DNA of 64,000 nucleotides from Candidatus Gastranaerophilales bacterium. Lineage in GTDB: Bacteria > Cyanobacteriota > Vampirovibrionia > Gastranaerophilales > JANQFW01. Of this stretch, positions 17,446 through 27,409 are shown in pieces. The stretch is from assembly GCA_028277625.1 (NCBI GenBank), contig JANQFW010000089.1, positions 15,815 to 79,814 on the forward strand, in the 5' to 3' direction. The first letter of the stretch is position 1; each line of letters opens with the position of its first letter. Both the position numbers and the translations under genes were made by a program. The notes beneath the pieces are model-generated. The model was not told the DNA's origin. It saw nothing but the letters and a program-made list of their open reading frames with translations, and did no database searches.

Positions 17446-18165
17446 TTACAAGCTTATTAAAACTCTGTTTTTGCCTATCACTTTACCAATATATCTTTTT
17501 CTAAGTCTATTATTCTTAACTTTAATGTAATCTCCCATCCCTCCATCCTGCAATGCCTCTCCAGGTAGGGTAATTTTAACTTTACTACCTTCAAATACAA
17601 GATAAATAAAGCTATTTTTTAACACCGTAGGTGTTTTCTTTATGAATCGCTTATCAATAATAGCCCCAGGCCTTAAATTCCTCCTGGATATATTGCCTAT
17701 CACAGAAAAACCTTTAGTAGCAATATTTTTATAATTTCTGGTTATATCTTTTTCTTCAAGGCAAACACTTGAGTATCCAAAAGTTTGGCCTCTATCTATG
17801 CTATTTTTAGCAACCCAAACTTTGTCTTTTATAGTTAGCTTGATTGGCAACCTAAAAGTTTTTACATATTTATTATCACAAAAAACCTTTACGGTAATGA
17901 TTGAAGAGGGGCTGATATAATTAGAGTTAACTGATGTTCTAACTTCTATATCACCATCGCAAATTTTAAATGATTTAAAATTAAACTTTTTGAACTCAAT
18001 ACTAATTTGTTTTGAGTCATTATCTGAGTTCAATAGTTTTTGAGTAATATCTTGTTCAATCTCTTTCTTTAAAAATTCAGAATCAAGAAGCTTTGCATCT
18101 GAATTTACATCAAATACAAAGAAACAAATTATTAAAATTATTATATTTTTTAAAATATTACCCAT
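17446..18165 (-). CDS. flgA: flagellar basal-body P-ring formation chaperone
   Basis: 239 aa. Signal peptide. C-terminal SAF-type pattern (RNLRPGAIID...V..G..V.......I...GEALQDG..GD.I.V.N). Confidence 0.8.
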   Translation of the reverse strand: MGNILKNIIILIICFFVFDVNSDAKLLDSEFLKKEIEQDITQKLLNSDNDSKQISIEFKKFNFKSFKICDGDIEVRTSVNSNYISPSSIITVKVFCDNKYVKTFRLPIKLTIKDKVWVAKNSIDRGQTFGYSSVCLEEKDITRNYKNIATKGFSVIGNISRRNLRPGAIIDKRFIKKTPTVLKNSFIYLVFEGSKVKITLPGEALQDGGMGDYIKVKNNRLRKRYIGKVIGKNRVLISL

Positions 18166-18174
18166 TATAAATCC

Positions 18175-18960
18175 TTATACTATCTGATTTGCAGTTCTTA
18201 GCATATTATCAGATGACTTAATTAATTTAGAGTTAGCTTCAAATGCTCTTTCAGCTTGAATCAACCTAATCAATTCTTCGACAACTTGAACATTTGAACC
18301 TTCTAAAAAACCTTGTTCAATTGTGCCAAAACCTTCCTGACCAGGCTCACCTTCAATTGCATTACCGGAGGCGCCGGTCTCTATAAATAAATTTTTACCC
18401 ATACTTAACAATCCAGCAGGATTAGCAAACCTAACAAGTTGCAATTGACCAATTTCAGTCTGCTCGGTTTCACTACCTTGCCTGACTGATACTCTTCCGT
18501 CAGGTGTTATTGTTATTTCTGCAACATTTGTGCCTATTGTAATTTGCGGCTGAATAATATAACCATCAGTTGTTGTAACCTGACCATTAGCATCAACCTT
18601 TAAACTTCCGTCTCTTGTGTAGCCAATTGAGCCATCGTCAAGCTGTACCTGTAGAAAACCCTTACCTTCAATAGCTATATCAAGAGGATTACCTGTTGTT
18701 TTCAAGATACCTTCGCTAAAAACCTTCTGAGTTGCAGAAGTTTTGGTACCCAATCCAACCTGAATACCTACGGGCTGATTAGTACCTTGAGATATCTGAG
18801 CCCCGGGAGACCTTATTGTTTGAGACAATAAGTCCTGAAACTCTGCCCTAACTTTTTTATAGCCACTCGTATCAACGTTAGCAATATTGTTGGAGATGAT
18901 ATCCATATTCATTTGCTGAGCGATCATCCCAGTTGCCGCTGTAGTAAGAGCTTTTAACAT
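18175..18960 (-). CDS. flgG: flagellar distal rod protein
   Basis: 261 aa with strongly conserved FlgG termini (MLKALTTAATGM.AQQ...D.ISNNIANV.T.GYK ... ER.FEANSK.I...D.ML..). Confidence 0.95.
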   Translation of the reverse strand: MLKALTTAATGMIAQQMNMDIISNNIANVDTSGYKKVRAEFQDLLSQTIRSPGAQISQGTNQPVGIQVGLGTKTSATQKVFSEGILKTTGNPLDIAIEGKGFLQVQLDDGSIGYTRDGSLKVDANGQVTTTDGYIIQPQITIGTNVAEITITPDGRVSVRQGSETEQTEIGQLQLVRFANPAGLLSMGKNLFIETGASGNAIEGEPGQEGFGTIEQGFLEGSNVQVVEELIRLIQAERAFEANSKLIKSSDNMLRTANQIV

Positions 18961-18985
18961 ATAACCCCCAAATCCTTTTTCTTAA

Positions 18986-19816
18986 CTATCGCTTCATCTG
19001 CCCTACATCATTTATAGCTTTTGACACTCCTCTATCAGTCTGCTCTACAACTTTAGCGAGTGTTTCATATGTTCTTGATGCCTTAATTGAATTTATCATT
19101 GTTTCTACTACATTAGTGTTCGACAATTCCAACGCACCACGATGCAATTTAAAATCTTCAGATGGTTTAACCGCATCAGGATAATTATCTTTAGCACCAA
19201 ATAAATAATTTCCAATAGGTTTAATATTCTCTGTATCCTTAAAATCTGCTATTTTAAAGCGACCTATCAGCTTTCCGTTTAATTGAATATTGCCTTTTTC
19301 ATCAATATCAAGCTTACTAATGTCACCTTTTATAAAAAAATGCTCCTCATTGGTAATTAAAAAATCTTTTGTATCTTCACTCAACTCGACTTGATTCTTG
19401 TTCGCCCTTTCAACAAGAATAGGAAAGCCGTCTTTATTGACCAATTTACCTTCCACACTTTTTACAAATGCACCATTTCTTGTATAAGCAGTTCCATTAG
19501 ATGTATCAACCGTAAAAAAGCCTTTTCCATGAATAGCAAACTCCAAAGGATTGCCGGTTTCTTTTAAGCTACCTTGAGATGTATCTACAATTGTAGAATC
19601 TAATATATTTTTAACACTAAGCGCTCCAGGAACCCTGTTGCTATAATTGTTAGACCCTCCAGGATTATTAATCAATTCTTCTTGGACATTTCTAAAAGTT
19701 GCAAAAGAACCTTTAAAACCGGGAGTACTAACATTCGCAAGATTGTTAGCCAATATATCGTTATAATTTAAGACGCTCAACATGCCTGAAGCAGCTACAT
19801 CAAGACCTGTATTCAT
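18986..19816 (-). CDS. flgF: flagellar proximal rod protein (FlgF/FlgG family)
   Basis: 276 aa. Rod-protein N-terminus (..ILANNLANVSTPGFK) and C-terminus. Sits upstream of flgG. Confidence 0.8.
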   Translation of the reverse strand: MNTGLDVAASGMLSVLNYNDILANNLANVSTPGFKGSFATFRNVQEELINNPGGSNNYSNRVPGALSVKNILDSTIVDTSQGSLKETGNPLEFAIHGKGFFTVDTSNGTAYTRNGAFVKSVEGKLVNKDGFPILVERANKNQVELSEDTKDFLITNEEHFFIKGDISKLDIDEKGNIQLNGKLIGRFKIADFKDTENIKPIGNYLFGAKDNYPDAVKPSEDFKLHRGALELSNTNVVETMINSIKASRTYETLAKVVEQTDRGVSKAINDVGQMKR

Positions 19817-19845
19817 TTACTAAACCTCAATTATCTCAATCTCCC

Positions 19846-20415
19846 TTAATACTGTTCCTGATATTTTAATACTTTACTTACGTACTCTTGAGTTTCCTTG
19901 TATGGAGGTATACCCCCATATCTATCAACTGCCCCAGGTCCTGCATTATAAGCTGCTAAAGCTTTTTGAACATTACCATTAAACTTATCCATCATATTTT
20001 TTAAATATTTGGTGCCGCCAATTATATTTTGTTCAGGATTCAAAGAGTCTTTTACACCCAAAGATTTTGCCGTATCCGGCATTAATTGCATAAGCCCCTG
20101 GGCGCCCGCTTTGGATACAGCCTTTGGATCAAAACCTGATTCTGCTTTTATAACAGCTTTTACCAGGCTATCTTGCAAATTATTTTTACTTGCATATTCA
20201 GTTATTAATTCATTGATATTAGCCTGTGGTATATGACTATTTAAAGAACCATTAACAGCTTTGTTAGTTACTTGCTGCAATTGTTCTCTAAAAATATTAC
20301 TAAAATCAGATTTTTCAATCTTATCAGGTACAATAGAGTCAATTTTATGCTCTATTTGTCGGATTCTATCCAAAGCCATACCCATTGCTTCAGTATACAT
20401 ACCAACCAATCTCAC
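19846..20415 (-). CDS. SLT-domain lytic transglycosylase at the head of the flagellar block
   Basis: AVIKAESGFDPKAVSKAGAQGLMQLMP...AYNAGPGAV is the goose-lysozyme/SLT signature with catalytic ES. Start uncertain (GTG 20415 or ATG 20400). Confidence 0.85.
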   Translation of the reverse strand: MRLVGMYTEAMGMALDRIRQIEHKIDSIVPDKIEKSDFSNIFREQLQQVTNKAVNGSLNSHIPQANINELITEYASKNNLQDSLVKAVIKAESGFDPKAVSKAGAQGLMQLMPDTAKSLGVKDSLNPEQNIIGGTKYLKNMMDKFNGNVQKALAAYNAGPGAVDRYGGIPPYKETQEYVSKVLKYQEQY

Positions 20416-20653
20416 TCTTTGTTTTTTTTAGTAACTCACTTATTTTCAGTATTTCATTAAATAAATGTATAAAGTCCAAGTCTATACATAAATTACTATA
20501 TTTATTTGTTGATATCATCCATTAAAAAGAGGATATGACTTTATTTTTTATTATTTATTTTTTTGAATTTTAATTAGATTAATAAAAAAATAAAATAAAA
20601 AACACATCGTATAAGAGCTAAAAACACATAAAAAACTAGCAAAATATATAAAA

Positions 20654-21325
20654 TTAGTTAGTCAGGTATATAAACTCGCAGGAAGAACACAATATTTTGT
20701 CCTTAGTTGTATTGTAACGCTTCAAAGGTATCCCACACTCTTCACAACAAGGAAACCCATTATTTTTCATCCATATCTGAGCTTTAATATCCTTTATTAT
20801 GGTCATAAACATTTTTTCTCTTTGCTCAGCGGAAACAAATTTATGACCATCTAAAGACTGTTCAACTTCTTGAATTATATTCTCAGGTAAAACGATCTCG
20901 TCTAAGTCTTTAGAAAGCGGTATTTTGTCAAAAGTCTTTATTGCACTCTCAGGCTTTTTATCTGTTTTATGATCTGTAAAATAATCATTTTCCCATAATT
21001 TAGTATTAAAATGGATATCTTTTATATTAAATTTAAATGGTTTGCCCAGCTTATAAACTTTATCTAAAAGATTCTGCTTATATAGATATAATTCTTGAGC
21101 TACAACAGAAGAGGAAACAGCAACCATTAGAATATCATATCCCTCTTTTCTTCTTACCATAACAGCTTTAGAATATTTATCAAACTTACTACCAACAACC
21201 TCAGGCCAATAATTGAAAAAAGCAACCTCATTTAGCCGACGCTCAAGGCCCATATCAACAAAAATCTTGCTTAATACAGAATTTAACTTACTAAAATTTT
21301 TATTTTTTTTATAAATATTTGCCAA
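20654..21325 (-). CDS. DUF721 (DciA-like) protein with C-terminal Cys4 zinc-ribbon extension
   Basis: 223 aa. The N-terminal about 100 aa matches the DUF721 pattern (L..IL..........L...W.E.VG......S.........L.V.V.SS..A.EL). Sits directly after recF. C-terminal CCEECG...CSSCEF. Confidence 0.6.
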   Translation of the reverse strand: MANIYKKNKNFSKLNSVLSKIFVDMGLERRLNEVAFFNYWPEVVGSKFDKYSKAVMVRRKEGYDILMVAVSSSVVAQELYLYKQNLLDKVYKLGKPFKFNIKDIHFNTKLWENDYFTDHKTDKKPESAIKTFDKIPLSKDLDEIVLPENIIQEVEQSLDGHKFVSAEQREKMFMTIIKDIKAQIWMKNNGFPCCEECGIPLKRYNTTKDKILCSSCEFIYLTN

Positions 21326-21332
21326 TTATCCG

Positions 21333-22475
21333 CTACCTCCTGACAGTTCCGGCTTCTACCGAATAAATATCAACATCTTGTAAATAATCAGAGTCAAATT
21401 TATCAACATCTACAGTGGTAATTATAGTTTGGGTATTCTCTTTTATTGAATCTAAAAGGTATTGCTGCCGAAACCTATCCAGTTCAGCAAGTACATCATC
21501 CAGCAACAACAAAGGATTATCATGTATTATATTTTCCACAAAGTCAAGCTCTGCCAATTTTAAAGCTAAAACAATTGTGCGCTGTTGGCCTTGAGAAGCA
21601 TACTGCCTAGCATCCAAGTCGTTTATAAAAAATAAAATATCATCACGATGAGGTCCTATAAGAGTTTGCCCCCTTATCAATTCTTCTTTTTGCTTCTTCT
21701 CAATATTTTGTTCAAATAGTTCCGCAATAAGCTTTGAGGGCTGTACATCATCTTCAATACAATTGAAATCACCTGCTACAGATGAATTATATTTTATACA
21801 CAACAGCTCATCCCCGTACGAAATATGCTTATGCTTCTCCATTGCCCTTATTTGAATTTCTTTTAAAAATTTCTGTCTTAAATGCACCAAATTACTACCA
21901 GATATTATAAATTGGTCATTCCAGACAGAGAGAAAGTCTTGTTGATAATCAGTTAATGATATTTTGCCTTTATATTCTTTAATTAAATTGCTTCTTTGAA
22001 CTCTTATTTTATTGTATTTTAATAATCTATCCTTATAAGCAGGATATAATTGCCCAATAGCGTCATCAATCCATTTTCTTCTATCTGCAGGATTTCCTCT
22101 TAATAAGAGTAAATCATTGATACAAAAGTTAACAATAGCCAAATTACCTATAAATTGTGAATATTTTGTTTTTTTAAGAGCATTAACTTTAATAATTTTC
22201 TTTTTAGAAGGATTTAAAATAACATCTAGTTTAATATCTGTATAATTTTTATTAATAATACCTGTAATTTTTGCTACATCATGTCCTTTTAATACCAATT
22301 CATTATCATTAGATGCTCTAATAGAAGACAATGTAGCTAAATAATAAATGGATTCAAGTAAATTTGTTTTACCTTGCGCATTTTTTCCTACAAAAATTGT
22401 TTTATTTTTGGAAAAATTCAGCTTACATTCTCTATAATTTCTAAAATTAGTTAAGTGTAGCTCTTTCAAAAACAT
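21333..22475 (-). CDS. recF: DNA replication and repair protein RecF
   Basis: Walker A GKNAQGKTNLLESIYYL and ABC-signature/Walker B-like C-terminus (SQGQQRT..LALKLAE...LLLDDV.AELD). The ATG at 22475 lies 7 nt after the dnaN stop; the ORF-track start at 22529 would overlap dnaN. Confidence 0.9.
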   Translation of the reverse strand: MFLKELHLTNFRNYRECKLNFSKNKTIFVGKNAQGKTNLLESIYYLATLSSIRASNDNELVLKGHDVAKITGIINKNYTDIKLDVILNPSKKKIIKVNALKKTKYSQFIGNLAIVNFCINDLLLLRGNPADRRKWIDDAIGQLYPAYKDRLLKYNKIRVQRSNLIKEYKGKISLTDYQQDFLSVWNDQFIISGSNLVHLRQKFLKEIQIRAMEKHKHISYGDELLCIKYNSSVAGDFNCIEDDVQPSKLIAELFEQNIEKKQKEELIRGQTLIGPHRDDILFFINDLDARQYASQGQQRTIVLALKLAELDFVENIIHDNPLLLLDDVLAELDRFRQQYLLDSIKENTQTIITTVDVDKFDSDYLQDVDIYSVEAGTVRR

Positions 22476-22482
22476 GATGAAA

Positions 22483-23595
22483 TTATTTAATCTGAACAGG
22501 CATAACCAAACATAAATAATCTTCATCACTGTCTGGTTTTATCAGAGCAGCAGCAAGAGGTTCACCCATTTCCAGCTTTATTTTTTCTGTATCTACAGCT
22601 TTTAAAGTATCAAGCATATATTTATAATTGAAAGCTATTAATATATCTTCACTATCGTATTCTATTTCCATTTGATCAGCAGAATCACCAAGGTCAGGTG
22701 TATCAGCAGAAAGATTTAAGATATTATTGTTAAAGTTTAACCTGATGATGTTAGTACGCTCATTGACCATTGTAGAGGTGCGCTCAAGAGCTAAGATAAA
22801 GTCTTCTCTGTTGATGAATGCACACTTTGCATAATCAGCAGGTATTAATTGTTGATATTTAGGGTATTGGCCGTCAAGAAGTCTGGAAGTTATAATTATA
22901 TCTTTAAAATTGAATAAAATCATTCCACTGTTTATTATAATATCAACATATTCAGCACTGCATGCAGCAACTAAACGGATAAACTCATTTAAGATTCGAG
23001 AAGGAATTATAACAGAATATTCTTGCTCAAGCTTGGTTTCTATGTTTTGAATGATTCTGGCAAGCCTATTTCCATCGGTGGCAGCCATTTCCAGGTATTC
23101 ATTTTTTATCAGGCAGAAGACCCCGCTTAAAACATTGTTTGAATCATAATCAGCTGTAGCAAAAGAAGTCTGCTTTATGGCTTTTAATAGAGGTTCAACA
23201 TTGAGGTTTATGGATTCTTCATACTCAGGATAAAGTAAGTCCGGAAATTCTGATGCAGGAATGCCAACTAAGTCAAACTTTGAGCGTGAACATTTTATCT
23301 GAGTATGATTAGTTTCAGAATCTAGTGTAAAGTTTACAGGTTTGTTTGGTAGTTTAGAAATAATTTCTGTAAGTTTTTTGGCAGGTAATGTAATACTTCC
23401 TGCATTCTCTACAGTTGCTTCTATTTTGGTTTCTATAGAGATGTCTAAGTCTGTTGCACAAAATTTTATTAAATTATTGTCTACAGTTTCTATTAAAATA
23501 TTAGCCAAAACTGGTTGAACACCTCTTATTGAGGTTGCTTTAGCTACATAGTTAATTCCAGCTTGTAATGTTTCTTTTTCAATAACAAATTTCAT
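22483..23595 (-). CDS. dnaN: DNA polymerase III beta sliding clamp
   Basis: 370 aa, DnaN-like over its full length (three-domain length, ...LANILIE.....L...ATDL...). Confidence 0.95.
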   Translation of the reverse strand: MKFVIEKETLQAGINYVAKATSIRGVQPVLANILIETVDNNLIKFCATDLDISIETKIEATVENAGSITLPAKKLTEIISKLPNKPVNFTLDSETNHTQIKCSRSKFDLVGIPASEFPDLLYPEYEESINLNVEPLLKAIKQTSFATADYDSNNVLSGVFCLIKNEYLEMAATDGNRLARIIQNIETKLEQEYSVIIPSRILNEFIRLVAACSAEYVDIIINSGMILFNFKDIIITSRLLDGQYPKYQQLIPADYAKCAFINREDFILALERTSTMVNERTNIIRLNFNNNILNLSADTPDLGDSADQMEIEYDSEDILIAFNYKYMLDTLKAVDTEKIKLEMGEPLAAALIKPDSDEDYLCLVMPVQIK

Positions 23596-23701
23596 ATCCC
23601 ATTTTTCCCCATTAAAAGTTAAATTTTCTTCTTTATTATTTATTACTTTCTATATAATTAATAAAAATATATAAAATTAGTAGTAGTAGGTAATACCTTT
23701 T

Positions 23702-23870
23702 ACTTGTAGAAAACTGATTGGAATTTAATAATATCTTATTTTTTACTTGTAGAAAAGTTGTTTAATACATGTTCAAAACTCGTATTCTTTTCTACAATCT
23801 AAAATTTGTCTACAAAGTCTTTCTACAAGCTTCTTATGTTTTTCTACAAGTTTTCTACAAGTTTTCTACA
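23702..23870. promoter_or_regulatory. DnaA-box cluster; core of candidate oriC (whole spacer 23596-24367)
   Basis: Eight 9-mers of the type TTTTCTACA. Reverse orientation: 23705-13 and 23748-56. Forward: 23788-96, 23806-14 (TTGTCTACA), 23819-27 (CTTTCTACA), 23840-48, 23851-59 and 23862-70. The last three are spaced exactly 11 bp apart. A 770-bp AT-rich non-coding spacer lies next to dnaN. Confidence 0.7.
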
Positions 23871-24367
23871 GAAAGATAAATCATTGTTTAATAAGCTTTT
23901 TTCTAATCAACCCTATTCATGATGGTTTTATTTATTCAAACATGTATTTATTCAGTATGATTAACATTCGAGGATACTCATACATGTAAATATTTATAAT
24001 TCCTTTATCTTGACTTGCTTAAACTTTGAGAATTATTGTCCTACATGTTTTTTTATTTTATTAGATACACAATTTTTTGTTCTTTCCATGTTTTTTATTT
24101 GTTGAAATCATGGAATTTAAATGATAATATTCTTCTCCTTTATTTAATTTGCTCAATATCCCTAATCTTTTAAGATACACATTTAAAGTTTTTACAAAGA
24201 TAACAGTCCCTAGTGTTCTTTGTACTTAGTCTGTTTTACATATCGGATTATACCATAGTTCACTGGCCTAAAAAGACTTATCTTAAGAAAACTTATCAAA
24301 TTGTTATATGAGAAATTATAAGGATTTATTATCCTCTATAAAGTTATTGTTATTTAAATTAGTCTTT

Positions 24368-24667
24368 TTATTGTTTAAAATCACTAGCTTTTACTGAGTG
24401 AACCCAGCGAGCAAAGTTTTGTTGTTCATAACTTAAGGCAAATTGATACAATGATTCTATCAGGCTTGCGCCTGATTTTGATTTACCTAAAAGCATGTAT
24501 GCACCAAATTTATTTTTTATAAGGGCTATTTCTTTATGAATGACCTTTTCTATATTGTTTTCAGGCTTTTTAGATAAAATATCTTTTATCCATCTTATCA
24601 ATATGATCACAGGAGGAATATCTGCTTGATAACTCCTTATATGTTTAGAAAATGCACTTATTATCAT
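24368..24667 (-). CDS. hypothetical protein
   Basis: 99-aa ORF. No family recognised. Confidence 0.4.
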   Translation of the reverse strand: MIISAFSKHIRSYQADIPPVIILIRWIKDILSKKPENNIEKVIHKEIALIKNKFGAYMLLGKSKSGASLIESLYQFALSYEQQNFARWVHSVKASDFKQ

Positions 24668-24744
24668 TGTTTTGATTTATTTTTTATTGAGTATATTACT
24701 CCTATAATACAATATTTTTTGCTTTTTTTTATTTTATACCTTAC

Positions 24745-26067
24745 TTAACTTATTATGCGATGTGTATATTTTTTTGCGTTTTCACCTGAAAAATCATCTG
24801 AAGTTTGACCATTGCCGTATAGTTTATATTTGTATATTACTAAGCCTTCTAAGCCAACAGGCCCTCTTGCATGTGTCTTGTTTGTGCTTATCCCTACTTC
24901 TGCACCTAGTCCATATCTAAATCCATCAGCAAATCGAGTTGAAGCGTTGTGATAAGTACCGGCTGAGTCTACTAGACTTAGAAATAGATCAGCGTTTTTT
25001 TTGTTTTCTGTAACTATACAGTCTGTATGGCCTGAACCGTAGTTATTAACATGGTCAATCGCTTCATTAATGTCATTAACTGTTTTTATTGATATTATTT
25101 TGTCTGTATACTCAGTTTTCCAGTCTTCTTCGGTGACTTTTTCTATGTCTTCAACTATGCTTAATATGTGTTCATCACCCTTCACTATTACATCAGCTTT
25201 TTTGAATTCATCTATAAGTTTTTTTATGTAATTTGCAGGTATATCTTTGTGAATCAGCAATGTTTCTACGGCATTACATGCCGAGGGGTATTGTATTTTT
25301 GAGTCTATAGTAATTTTTGTTGCTTTATCAAAGTCAGCGTCTTTGTCTATATAGACATGGCAAATACCATCTGCGTGGCCTAATACAGGAATTTTTGTAT
25401 TTGATTGAATATACTTAACCAGGTCATTACTCCCCCTTGGTATAATTAAGTCAATGTATTTGTCCAGTTCCAACATTTTTTGCACTTCATGACGCGTTTT
25501 TATTAAGGTTATTGAATTTTTAGGGAATTCTTCAATTTTGCCCAATGCTTTATTTATTATATTTATTAGTATTTCATTAGATTTGTCTGCTTCACTTCCG
25601 CCTTTTAGAATTACCGCATTTGATGATTTAACCGCTAGTGCTGCGATCTGTGGTACAACATCAGGTCTTGATTCAAAAATTACACCGATAACACCTAGTG
25701 GACAGCTCACTCTGTATAGTTCAAGATCTTTATCAAGTTCAATAGCCCATTCAACTTTGTTTACTGGATCTTCTAGGTTTGCTACATCTTTAATGCCTTG
25801 AACCATTACTTTAATTTTTTCATCATCAAGTTTTAGCCTGTTATACAGAGCTCTTGTCAGCTTGCCGTCTTCTATCATTTTTTCTGCATTAGCAAGATCT
25901 TTTTGGTTTTCTTTTAATATTAATTCTTTATTTTTTTCTATATTATCAGCGATTGCAAATAATGCTTTATTTTTGACCTCTTTGTTCAAAGATGCAAGCT
26001 TATAAGATGCTTGTTTTGAATTTTTTGCAATCTGACTTAAATCTTGTGTTTCACTTATCCCAGTCAT
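24745..26067 (-). CDS. proA: gamma-glutamyl phosphate reductase
   Basis: 440 aa, ProA/aldehyde-dehydrogenase-like over its full length. Sits directly downstream of proB. Confidence 0.95.
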   Translation of the reverse strand: MTGISETQDLSQIAKNSKQASYKLASLNKEVKNKALFAIADNIEKNKELILKENQKDLANAEKMIEDGKLTRALYNRLKLDDEKIKVMVQGIKDVANLEDPVNKVEWAIELDKDLELYRVSCPLGVIGVIFESRPDVVPQIAALAVKSSNAVILKGGSEADKSNEILINIINKALGKIEEFPKNSITLIKTRHEVQKMLELDKYIDLIIPRGSNDLVKYIQSNTKIPVLGHADGICHVYIDKDADFDKATKITIDSKIQYPSACNAVETLLIHKDIPANYIKKLIDEFKKADVIVKGDEHILSIVEDIEKVTEEDWKTEYTDKIISIKTVNDINEAIDHVNNYGSGHTDCIVTENKKNADLFLSLVDSAGTYHNASTRFADGFRYGLGAEVGISTNKTHARGPVGLEGLVIYKYKLYGNGQTSDDFSGENAKKYTHRIIS

Positions 26068-26094
26068 AATGTACTCCCAAAAACTTATTTATTA

Positions 26095-27243
26095 CTATAA
26101 AACGACTAAATTATCCCTTAAAATGATTTCATCATAGTTTTTGTATCCCAAAATATCTTCAATTTCATTAGAGTGCTTTCCAATGATTTTTCTGCATTCC
26201 CAACTTGAATAATTGACAATGCCTTTAGCTATTTCTTTATTATTATTGTCTATGATTGTTATGACATCACCTTTTTCAAAGTTATTTTTAATTTCTGTCA
26301 TACCTGCAGATAGTAGGCTTGCATTTTTTTCCAGGAGTGCTTTTTGGGCCCCTTTATTAATTTTTATGTAGCCTGTTATATTGGTAGCATAGGCAATCCA
26401 TCTTTTTTTGCCAGATAAATTGTTTGCAGGTAAAAATATTGTACCTTTGGCTTTGCCGTTAAAGATGTCTTTTATTATATTGTTAGTTTTACCGTTTGCA
26501 ATAATTGCAACCCCGCCTGAATTTGTTACGACTCTTGCAGCTTCAAGTTTTGTTTTCATACCCCCTCTGCCTTTTTTTGAAGCTTCAAATCCTAAAGCTT
26601 CAATTTCTGGAGTTATCTGAGGAACTGTTGATATTACTTTTGCACTGGAATTTTTTCTTGGGTCATCGTTATAAAGCCCATCAACATCTGATAATATAAC
26701 TAGCATATCCGCGTCAATTTTATTCATAACCAGTGCTGAAAGCTTATCATTATCTCCAAAACAGACTTTTATCCCATCTGCTTGGTAGCATTCAAGTTCG
26801 TTTGTTGAAATGGTATCATTTTCATTAATTATCGGTATTACACCCATTTCTAAGAGGGTACCAACTGTATTTCTTAAGCTTAAGTATTTATGTCTGTTTG
26901 ATAGGTCATCACCGGTTATTAATATTTGAGCGGTTTGTATTGAGAATTTTTCAAATCCTTCTTGGTATAAATACATTAATTGGCTTTGACCTACGGCTGC
27001 GCAGGCTTGCTTTAGGGTTATAAGTTCAGGTTTTTCCTTTATTCCTAACTTTTTTGCACCCATACCTACGGCACCGGAGGTTACTATTATTATTTCTTTG
27101 TTTTGCTTTTTTAGCTCGGCTATTTCTTCTATAAAGGAGTAGACCCTTGATAGTGCTATATTTCCATCTTGGCGGGTTAGTACATTTGTTCCGAACTTAA
27201 ATATAATACGATTGCTGTTTTCAATATAATTTTGATAATCCAT
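26095..27243 (-). CDS. proB: glutamate 5-kinase with C-terminal PUA domain
   Basis: 382 aa. Amino-acid-kinase fold motifs (VTSGAVGMG, GDNDKLSA, SDVDGLY) plus a PUA-like tail. Confidence 0.95.
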   Translation of the reverse strand: MDYQNYIENSNRIIFKFGTNVLTRQDGNIALSRVYSFIEEIAELKKQNKEIIIVTSGAVGMGAKKLGIKEKPELITLKQACAAVGQSQLMYLYQEGFEKFSIQTAQILITGDDLSNRHKYLSLRNTVGTLLEMGVIPIINENDTISTNELECYQADGIKVCFGDNDKLSALVMNKIDADMLVILSDVDGLYNDDPRKNSSAKVISTVPQITPEIEALGFEASKKGRGGMKTKLEAARVVTNSGGVAIIANGKTNNIIKDIFNGKAKGTIFLPANNLSGKKRWIAYATNITGYIKINKGAQKALLEKNASLLSAGMTEIKNNFEKGDVITIIDNNNKEIAKGIVNYSSWECRKIIGKHSNEIEDILGYKNYDEIILRDNLVVL

Positions 27244-27409
27244 GTTTTTTCTTTTTATTTTTAGTAATTACTGTTTAATTTTACTAAAACCACGTCATCT
27301 ATTCTATTGAGTTTTATTAATTTTTTGTTTTTTAAAAATAAAGTTTAATATCTTGTAATGTTTTTATAAAAACAAGCAATTTATTGAAAAAAATATACTT
27401 TATAATATT

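Noticed and set aside
24368-24667. Checked whether the ORF flanking the origin spacer could be a truncated dnaA
   Set aside because: The 99-aa sequence has no AAA+ Walker motifs and no DnaA domain IV signature. It stays a hypothetical protein.
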